From positions 1 through 27,920 of the forward strand of contig DRKO01000280.1 in NCBI GenBank assembly GCA_011051745.1: DNA of 27,920 bases. The letters are read 5' to 3'. This DNA comes from Chloroflexota bacterium (lineage in GTDB: Bacteria; Chloroflexota; Anaerolineae; Aggregatilineales; UBA3940). Below are positions 1 through 6,635 of the stretch, one piece after another. The notes under the pieces were generated by a model. That model worked only from the letters and a program-made list of their open reading frames with translations, ran no database searches and was not told the origin of the DNA. The position numbers and the translations under genes are program-made. Numbering within the stretch: the stretch's first letter is position 1; the number at the start of each line of letters is the position of its first letter.

Positions 1-1140
1 CCCGCGCACGCTCCGGCTGCGGGCTGTGAACCCCTCGACCTCCTGCAACAGTTCGCCATCCGGGCCGTCGGGGCCGAGGTTCCACATCCTCAGCGTGCCA
101 CCTCTGGAAGCGGCGACAAACGTCACGCCGTCCGGTGACCAGGCGACGGCGTCCGTCTCCGTGCTCAGCCCCTCGAGTGTGCGCACCGGCTCCGTCACCT
201 CCGCGTTCCAGACGATCACCGTTCCATCGTCCGAGGCGGAAACGACCGATGCCCCATCCGGCGAGTGCCCCACGCTGAGCACCCCGCCCTCGTGCCCGGC
301 CAGCGTGCGTGCCTGCTGCCCGGCCCGGATGTCCCACACGATCACCTGATGATCGCGGCTCCCGGAAATGAGCGTCCCTCCGTCCGGCAACCAGTCCAGC
401 GCAAGCACCGCCTGCCCGATCTCATGTCCGGCGAAGGTCTGGAGCAACTGACCGGTCCGCGCGTTCCAGAGGCTGACGAACCCCGACCGACTGCCGGTTG
501 CCAGAATCCGCCCGTCCGGGCTGTAGGCCAGGCTGGAGACACCGCTGGAGTGCCGCTCCAGCGCACCGACCACGTCCACCGTTACCTCATCGTCGGCCCG
601 CCGGACGTTCGAGACAATCACCTGCCCGTCGTTGAACCCGGCGGCCAGCAGGACGCCCTCATCCTCCAGACCGGCGGACGACCAAGCCAGCGACCCGACC
701 TCCGCCGTGCCCTGAAGGGTGGTCAGTATGTCGCCGGTCGCAGCGTCCAGCAGGATCAGGGCGCCGCTTTCCAGCCCGGCAGCCAGCAGTGAGCCATCCG
801 CCGAGAAGGCGAGGCTTGAGACAGGCCGATTGCCCGGAACCAGCCACACTTCCTCGAATGTGCCGGTCCGATACAGATACAGGCCAACGTTGCTGCCCAC
901 TGCCAGATACTCGCCATCGGGCGAGAAAGCCATCACGGTGATGGTTCCCTTCCCCAGACGCAGGCGGGCGTCCGGTGGGGGCGGGCCGTCGTAGGAGATG
1001 ACCTCCGATACTGCCGGACGGGCAGTTGCACAGGCGCTCAGCAGAAAGGCCAGCGCCAGCACACTCCACAGCACCGCGCCGCGTCTGAAGGCCGTTCGTG
1101 CGTGCCGACCGATCAATTTATCGCGTCTATCAGGGGACAT
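1..1140 (-). CDS. WD40-repeat (beta-propeller) lipoprotein, 3' end runs off the window
   Basis: Not in the ORF track. Manual translation from ATG at 1140 (GGAGG just upstream) is open to base 1 (380 codons). N-terminus MSPDRRDKLIGRHARTAFRRGAVLWSVLALAFLLSAC has a lipobox LSAC. Seven WD40-type motifs follow (AFSPDG, AFSADG, AWSSAG, AYSPDG, DWLPDG, GHSPDG, AWSPDG), with GH...WD/WN repeats. Confidence 0.9.
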   Translation of the reverse strand, partial: MSPDRRDKLIGRHARTAFRRGAVLWSVLALAFLLSACATARPAVSEVISYDGPPPPDARLRLGKGTITVMAFSPDGEYLAVGSNVGLYLYRTGTFEEVWLVPGNRPVSSLAFSADGSLLAAGLESGALILLDAATGDILTTLQGTAEVGSLAWSSAGLEDEGVLLAAGFNDGQVIVSNVRRADDEVTVDVVGALERHSSGVSSLAYSPDGRILATGSRSGFVSLWNARTGQLLQTFAGHEIGQAVLALDWLPDGGTLISGSRDHQVIVWDIRAGQQARTLAGHEGGVLSVGHSPDGASVVSASDDGTVIVWNAEVTEPVRTLEGLSTETDAVAWSPDGVTFVAASRGGTLRMWNLGPDGPDGELLQEVEGFTARSRSVRG

Positions 1141-1239
1141 GGGGCCTCCGGGGGAACGTTCCCTCTACAACCTGCGGGCCTGAACGTGCCGCCGCGCCAC
1201 GCTCGACCCTTCCGAACGCGAAGGTCGCTTCCAAACAGG

Positions 1240-1279
1240 AAGAGAGTAACCCGGCCAGCGCAGGGCCGGGCCGTCTCTT
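1240..1279 (-). terminator. Probable intrinsic terminator downstream of the TSUP gene
   Basis: Inverted repeat AAGAGA..CCCGGCC / GGCCGGG..TCTCTT. On the minus strand it runs into a pyrimidine-rich tail (CTCTCTTCCTGTTT). Confidence 0.45.
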
Positions 1280-1348
1280 ATCTGACCGTCCGGCGGCCTT
1301 TTCCCTTACGAATCACAGGGGCGGAGCTTCTCCGAGAGGCCGCGCACC

Positions 1349-2092
1349 TTACCCCGCGATCAGCAACAGGCCGCCGATCGCCAGCAGCACAATAATGATG
1401 CGCTCGAACGTCTCTTTATCAACCCGCTCCGACATCCACTTGCCGATCCACACCCCGGCGGGCACAAGCGGCATCAGCCACGCGATCTGCCACAGGCGGT
1501 TGAAGTCGAACAGGCGGGCGTAGAAGTAGTAGGGCACTTTGATCCAGTTCAGGAGGAAGAAGAAGATCGCCGAGGTGGCGACAAAAACGCGCGGCGTGAC
1601 ATCCTGCATCAGCAGGTAGATGCTGACCGGCGGGCCGCCGGTGTGCGCCAGCGCAGAGGAGAAGCCGGTCACCGTACCGGCCAGCAGGCCGTGCCAGTCT
1701 TTCCCCTCATATTTTAGCGAGCCGAGGATGCGCTTCTCAAAAACCTTGTAAACGGTGAAGATCAGGACGATGATCCCCAGCGCCGTTCGCAGCGTCCCGG
1801 TGGGGGCGTTGGTGATGAACAGCGTGCCAATCGTCACGCCGAGCACCGAGCCGGGGATCAACAGCAGCACCAGACGCCGATCCCAGCGCCGCCAGTGCAG
1901 GGCCACGGCGAAGATATCGGCGAACATCAGAACCGGCAGCACCAGCCCGATCACCTGATCGGCGGGCATCACGAGCGCCATCATGGGCGTTGCCAGCGCC
2001 CCCAGAGACCCGCCCAGCCCCCCTTTTGAAAGGCCGATGAGGAACGCCACAACAGCCGTCATCGCGAAGAAGATGGTCAGGTTGACAGTCAT
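1349..2092 (-). CDS. TSUP (TauE/SafE) family membrane permease/exporter, 247 aa
   Basis: Very hydrophobic, with two-fold internal repeat motifs GLSKGGLGG and GFSSALAHTGGPP. ATG at 2092 (MTVNLTIFF) with AGGA upstream is preferred over the ORF-track start at 2188. Confidence 0.85.
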   Translation of the reverse strand: MTVNLTIFFAMTAVVAFLIGLSKGGLGGSLGALATPMMALVMPADQVIGLVLPVLMFADIFAVALHWRRWDRRLVLLLIPGSVLGVTIGTLFITNAPTGTLRTALGIIVLIFTVYKVFEKRILGSLKYEGKDWHGLLAGTVTGFSSALAHTGGPPVSIYLLMQDVTPRVFVATSAIFFFLLNWIKVPYYFYARLFDFNRLWQIAWLMPLVPAGVWIGKWMSERVDKETFERIIIVLLAIGGLLLIAG

Positions 2093-2183
2093 GGGAGCGA
2101 GCCGATCCTTTCGTGGATGGACAGGGCGGGGGGCGGAGGCACGGCGGCGGGGAGTGTCCCCTGCTTCAGGCCCCTTCCCGACG

Positions 2184-2217
2184 GGCAACGGGGACCGACA
2201 GCGCGGCCCCCGTTACC
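2184..2217 (-). other. 14-bp intergenic stem-loop after the creatininase-family gene
   Basis: Arms 2184-2197 and 2204-2217. Both non-Watson-Crick pairs are G-U on the minus (transcribed) strand. No U-tract follows. Confidence 0.6.
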
Positions 2218-2230
2218 GCATGGCAGCAGT

Positions 2231-3160
2231 TTACAGCACCCGATCCACAAACTCGCGGTTGTGCACCTCGACGGGCACGTTCATCAGTTCGAGCACGCCG
2301 CGTGCCACATGCTCGGAGAGACGGCGGAAGGCTTCCTCGCCCTTCTCTTTTGTCGCGCGGAGCGGGTTCCCGATCACGCCGGTCTCGATGAATTCGTGGT
2401 GATCCATCGGGAAGTGGAAGTACTTATAGCCCTCAAACTCAACGTCGGGCATGCCGTCCTTCTTCTCGAAGGATTTGGGCAGGTATTCGGGAATGTGAGC
2501 TTTGGTGAAATTCGCCCGCTCCATGCGGACCAGCCGCTCGTTCCAGGCCAGGTCCTGCGAGGTCTCCAGCTCGCTGGAGTGCCAGCCGGGCGTTTCCTCC
2601 CACGGGTTCTCCAGCAGGCCTTCAAGGACGCCGACGTAGTTCTCCATGTAGGGCTTGGCGAACCCGATCAGCGCTCCGGTTTCATAGCGCAACTTGCGTA
2701 GCAGGGGGTCAATGACCTTCACGTTGGAGCCGTGGCCGTTGATGAAGATCAGGCGGTTGAAGCCGTGATGGATCAGGCTGCGGCCCACGTCATACAGCAG
2801 GTTGAGCAATGTGGTGCTGCGCACGGTGATCGTCCCCCGACCCCCGCCCGGCGCGTACATGTGCTGCGGCGAGTAGCCCATCCAGATGGGCGGCGTGTGC
2901 AGCACGGCGATCATCTCAGCCACCCGCTTGGCGACCTCCCAGGCGGTGACGGTGTCAGTATAGAGCGGCAGATGCGGCCCGTGCTGCTCCAGGCTCGCCA
3001 TCGGGATCAGGATAACGTCCTTCTCCTTGAGGTACTCCTGGATGTCCATGTAGGTCAGGTCGCCCAAGTCCCAGGAGAGGAACTTCTTGCGAAACTCCTC
3101 GTCGCCCTCGGTCAGGTGCGGCAGGTCGCGGTATTTCTTGTTCCCGTTATCGTCAATCAT
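2231..3160 (-). CDS. Creatininase-family metal-dependent hydrolase, 309 aa
   Basis: Motifs EQHGPHLPLYTD, NGHGSN, HSSELETS and GVIGNP keep the binuclear metal ligands. ATG at 3160 with AGAGGAG upstream, overlapping the previous stop codon. Confidence 0.85.
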   Translation of the reverse strand: MIDDNGNKKYRDLPHLTEGDEEFRKKFLSWDLGDLTYMDIQEYLKEKDVILIPMASLEQHGPHLPLYTDTVTAWEVAKRVAEMIAVLHTPPIWMGYSPQHMYAPGGGRGTITVRSTTLLNLLYDVGRSLIHHGFNRLIFINGHGSNVKVIDPLLRKLRYETGALIGFAKPYMENYVGVLEGLLENPWEETPGWHSSELETSQDLAWNERLVRMERANFTKAHIPEYLPKSFEKKDGMPDVEFEGYKYFHFPMDHHEFIETGVIGNPLRATKEKGEEAFRRLSEHVARGVLELMNVPVEVHNREFVDRVL

Positions 3161-3173
3161 GGTGACCACTCCT

Positions 3174-4400
3174 CTAAAGCGATTCCATCATACTGATGAA
3201 CAGATCGGCCACTTCCCGGCCAAATTCCGGGTCATTCACGTGGCGTTCGAAGGTCCGAACAGGGATATCCTCCCGTATCTCGGAGCGCAGCGTCTCCAGA
3301 AACGCGCGGTCTGCCTCCGGGTCCCAGAAGGGGCCATCCGGCACGTTGGGGATGGAAAGCCCCTGTGTCGGAACGGCGATGATGACCGGGCCTTTCGCCG
3401 GATTGAGCCGCTCGGCGAAGATATGCCCAAGCTGGATCATCTCCTCGCGCGTGGCGCGGACGAGCGTATACTCCGGGTTGTGATCGTAGACGGGGCGACC
3501 CTGAAGCTCCGGCGGGATCGCGCCCGCATGGAAGACGCAGAAATCAATGCAGCCGGGCACGACAACCTGCGGCAGGCCCAGCGCCCCCACGCGCTTCAGG
3601 CGGTCGGGGCCGCCGTCGTGGATGCCACCCGTCAGGGGGTCGTATACCTCGTTGGTGGTGAAATCAATCACGCCGACGAACTGGCCCGCCTCGGCCAGCT
3701 CTTCCATCGCCGGGCCGCCGACGCCGTTCGAGTGGAAGATCACGGCCTCGTACCCGTGCTCGGCCAGCCGTTCTTTCAGCGCCATGACGGCCTTTGTGGT
3801 ATTCCCCAGCATGGTGACGGCCACGTAGCGGTCATCAGGGCCGGGGGGCGGCAGAACGTGGCCGTGCTCCACCATCCCTTTGAGAGCGGCGGCCACGTTA
3901 TCAAAGATCGTGCGGGCGATGGGGTTCAGGCCCAGAATATCCACAATGGAGTGCACCACCATGATGTCGCTGGTTCCGACCAGCGGATCAAAGTAGTGCT
4001 TCCCGGAGGCGATCGGCGACACCAGCACTTTGGGCACGCCAACCGGCAACTGCATCATGGCCGCCGCGCCCATCACCGCGCCTTCGGCCCCGCCCATGCT
4101 GACGATGGCGTCCAGCCTGCCCTGCTCGTAAAGCTCCAGGGTGAGCTTTTTGAGCGCCTCGCGCATCCCTTCGACGGCCTTCCCCCGGCTGCCCGCGTTC
4201 TGCAGGGCCTCGATGGTCGTTCCGCCGTAGCGGGCCGCCTCGGCCCGGCTGATGTCGGGCGTGATGCCGATCGGCTCGCCCAGGATGCCGGAGTCGACTA
4301 CCGTCGTCTCCAGGCCGAGCGCCTGTAGCTGATCGCGCAGGTATGCGATCTCCGGCCCTTTGGTGTCGAGGGTTCCGATTACGACAACGTTCTTACCCAT
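3174..4400 (-). CDS. Tm-1-like ATP-binding domain protein (UPF0261), 408 aa
   Basis: Motifs VVVIGTLDTKGPE, LPVGVPKVLVS, SIVDILGLN, GVIDFTTNEV, HNPEYTLVRAT and PFWDPEAD. ATG at 4400 with GGAGG upstream. Confidence 0.85.
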   Translation of the reverse strand: MGKNVVVIGTLDTKGPEIAYLRDQLQALGLETTVVDSGILGEPIGITPDISRAEAARYGGTTIEALQNAGSRGKAVEGMREALKKLTLELYEQGRLDAIVSMGGAEGAVMGAAAMMQLPVGVPKVLVSPIASGKHYFDPLVGTSDIMVVHSIVDILGLNPIARTIFDNVAAALKGMVEHGHVLPPPGPDDRYVAVTMLGNTTKAVMALKERLAEHGYEAVIFHSNGVGGPAMEELAEAGQFVGVIDFTTNEVYDPLTGGIHDGGPDRLKRVGALGLPQVVVPGCIDFCVFHAGAIPPELQGRPVYDHNPEYTLVRATREEMIQLGHIFAERLNPAKGPVIIAVPTQGLSIPNVPDGPFWDPEADRAFLETLRSEIREDIPVRTFERHVNDPEFGREVADLFISMMESL

Positions 4401-4421
4401 ACAGCAACCTCCGGGCAACTG

Positions 4422-4481
4422 AGAGGGGGGCTGCGAAGTAAAGGCTCCGGTGTGCCGGACTACTTCGAGTTGCCCCCCTCT
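4422..4481. repeat. Nested 60-bp inverted repeat
   Basis: AGAGGGGGGC/GCCCCCCTCT (10 bp perfect) encloses CGAAGTA/TACTTCG and TCCGG/CCGGA. Confidence 0.7.
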
Positions 4482-4498
4482 GACGGTGAAAATGGGGA

Positions 4499-5386
4499 TT
4501 AGCTGATCAACGGAAGGAGCGTCTTGGCGGTTTCCTCAACCAGCCAGCTATAGAACTCCTCCGTCAGCAGGCTGGAGCCGTGCTCCTCGATGAACTTCTT
4601 CTGTTCGGGTGAGATGTCTACCGGGTTGGTCTCGATGGCGTTGGGGTAGGGGTTGGCGGGCGTGCGGTCAATGGGGGCGACGAACTCAACGGTCAGCGCA
4701 CCATCATAGCCGATCACCTTCAGCGTGCCGACCAGCTTCAGCCAGTCCCAGTGCCCCATGCCACAGGCCATGCGGTTGGTATCCGCGACGTGGAAGTCCA
4801 CCAGACGGCCCTTTGCGCTCAGGATGGATTCGTAGGGGTCGGCCTCTTCGATGTTCAGGTGGAAGGCGTCCAGGCAGACGCCGCAGTCATCGGCGACGGC
4901 CTCCGCCAGCGCCAGCGCCTGCGCCGCCCGTGAGCAGAAGTAGGTCTCAAAGCGGTTGATCGGCTCGATGGCAAGCTGGATACCCTCTTTCTTGCCCCAG
5001 TCGTAGCATTCCTTGAGGCTGTCAACCGCCCACTCCCACTCTTCCTCCGGCGTGCCATCGGGCACGATCTTGCCGACGGTGGCCGGAACGATGGTCATGA
5101 TCTCGCCTTCCAGTTCCTTGACCATCGTGATGCAGTCCTTGACGTACTGCACCGACTTCTCGCGCTGGGCCTGATCCTTGGCGACCAGATTACGATCGCC
5201 CAGCATCAGCGTTACCGATCCCCAGCACCGGATGCCGTTGTCCTTGAGGATTTTACGGACTTCCTTTGTGTCGTAGGTGTACGGCTCACCGCTGATCTCG
5301 ATGCTCTCGTAGCCATACTTTGCCAGCCGCCTGACGGTTACTTCGATTGGCTCCGCCCTCATCCAGTTGTGCATTGACAGATGCAT
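4499..5386 (-). CDS. Sugar (phosphate) isomerase/epimerase, xylose-isomerase-like TIM barrel (ketose 3-epimerase/TM0416-like), 295 aa
   Basis: Catalytic and metal motifs EPINRFE, LDAFHLNIEE, FHVADTNR and GYDGALTVEF. SD AAAGGAGG upstream. Confidence 0.85.
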   Translation of the reverse strand: MHLSMHNWMRAEPIEVTVRRLAKYGYESIEISGEPYTYDTKEVRKILKDNGIRCWGSVTLMLGDRNLVAKDQAQREKSVQYVKDCITMVKELEGEIMTIVPATVGKIVPDGTPEEEWEWAVDSLKECYDWGKKEGIQLAIEPINRFETYFCSRAAQALALAEAVADDCGVCLDAFHLNIEEADPYESILSAKGRLVDFHVADTNRMACGMGHWDWLKLVGTLKVIGYDGALTVEFVAPIDRTPANPYPNAIETNPVDISPEQKKFIEEHGSSLLTEEFYSWLVEETAKTLLPLIS

Positions 5387-5458
5387 TTGGTCCCTCCTTT
5401 GGGCAAAAACTACACAGAAACCGTATTCACGCAGAACGCGGGATCGCGTCCCTGCCAG

Positions 5459-5498
5459 GTAAGCCCCTCTGGCGGCGGGGCGAACCGCCGGAGCTTAC
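5459..5498. other. Intergenic stem-loop after the Fe-S protein gene
   Basis: GTAAGC/GCTTAC outer stem and TCTGGCGG/CCGCCGGA inner stem. Confidence 0.5.
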
Positions 5499-5505
5499 TC
5501 ACGTC

Positions 5506-6603
5506 CTAAGCCAGATGATCGGCCAGCAGCTCGTACAACCCCTGCACGCGCAGGCCGAACCGTTCCGCGTGCCGGGCGAGGTGACTCAACGAACCGGCGT
5601 CCTCGGTGACGACCAGCCGTGCCCCGACCCCGGCGGCGTCTGCCAGCCGCGAATACGTCAGGTGGCGGGCGATGTGCGGTTCGGTGAACTGGAGGGCGAC
5701 GTTGCCGCAGGGGTGCGCTCGCTCGCGCCGCCAGAATAGCTCCCGCGCCGGGGCGGGCAGCACGGCCTCCAGAAGCGCACGGGGGGCGTCGTAGCGCGTC
5801 GTGACGCGCACCGAGTGGGTGGGGTCTACGTAGGCGCAGGGTGTCCCGTCGGCGGCCTTCCGAAAGGCCAGAGCGCCTTCTCTGAGCCGCTCCGCCAGAA
5901 AGGTGACCACCTCCTCCAGAACTACGCCGGACGGCCATTCGATCCCCAGCCGCTCATCGTACAACTGGCTGAAGGTGAAGAAATCACCCGGCCCCAGCAC
6001 CAGCAGGCGGGTTGCGCCGGTGGCCTCAAGCTCGGAGAGCGTCTCTCCGGCCAGATCGCGGGCCGTCGAGGGGAAGCCCAGCGAACTTGCCAGATAGCCG
6101 TTGTTGCGCCCCACGCCGATCAGAACCGGCTCAACGCCCACCGCTTTGAGCAGTTTCAGGGCCGCCTCCAGCGCGTCCGGCCAGAGGTAACGCGCCTCGT
6201 CTCCTACAAAGAGGGCGACTTCCCCCTGCCCCTCGACGGGGGCGGGGGACTGCTGTTCGTAGGGGTTTCCCCACTCCTTCAGGGCGCGGTGAGTCTCGTA
6301 CACCACCGCCGGGGCCAGGTCCCGCGCGGCGACATCTGCCCGTGCCGCCGCGATGGCCTCCGGCAGGGGTTGATCAGTGACGCAGTGGGCGCGGCAGGTT
6401 CCGCAATCGGAGCAGCTATACAGGGCCTGCACGGTCTCCTCGTCCCACGCCAGCAGGCCGCGCCCGACCGAGGCGATCATCAGCGCCCAGCCGTGCGGCG
6501 TCAGCGACTCCCTGCGGGTGACATGCCCCACCGGGCAGACATGGCGGCACATCAGGCAGTAACGGCAGTTCTCAGTCGTCAGGATGACGTTTTCAAGTGG
6601 CAT
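5506..6603 (-). CDS. (Fe-S)-binding protein: 2x[4Fe-4S] dicluster plus degenerate CCG (GlpC/HdrD-like) domains, 365 aa
   Basis: CRYCLMCRHVCP and CSDCGTCRAHC at the N-terminus. The remainder has the spacing of two CCG domains but almost no Cys. ATG at 6603 with GGAAGGA upstream; the ORF-track start at 6825 overlaps the upstream gene. Confidence 0.8.
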   Translation of the reverse strand: MPLENVILTTENCRYCLMCRHVCPVGHVTRRESLTPHGWALMIASVGRGLLAWDEETVQALYSCSDCGTCRAHCVTDQPLPEAIAAARADVAARDLAPAVVYETHRALKEWGNPYEQQSPAPVEGQGEVALFVGDEARYLWPDALEAALKLLKAVGVEPVLIGVGRNNGYLASSLGFPSTARDLAGETLSELEATGATRLLVLGPGDFFTFSQLYDERLGIEWPSGVVLEEVVTFLAERLREGALAFRKAADGTPCAYVDPTHSVRVTTRYDAPRALLEAVLPAPARELFWRRERAHPCGNVALQFTEPHIARHLTYSRLADAAGVGARLVVTEDAGSLSHLARHAERFGLRVQGLYELLADHLA

Positions 6604-6635
6604 GGTGTCCTTCCGCTTTCGTGCCGGGGCCTGTA

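Noticed and set aside
659-1069. 136-aa minus-strand ORF in the track
   Set aside because: It is an alternative frame inside the WD40 lipoprotein gene, whose frame has clear repeats, a signal peptide and an SD.
2231-3160. Naming this gene crnA, mftE or iolN
   Set aside because: Only family-level motifs are shared. There are no mycofactocin or creatine-pathway genes nearby, and it does not look like a close IolN orthologue.
3174-4400. Anti-phage role for the Tm-1-like gene by analogy with tomato Tm-1
   Set aside because: The context is purely metabolic, with no defence genes or mobile elements nearby.
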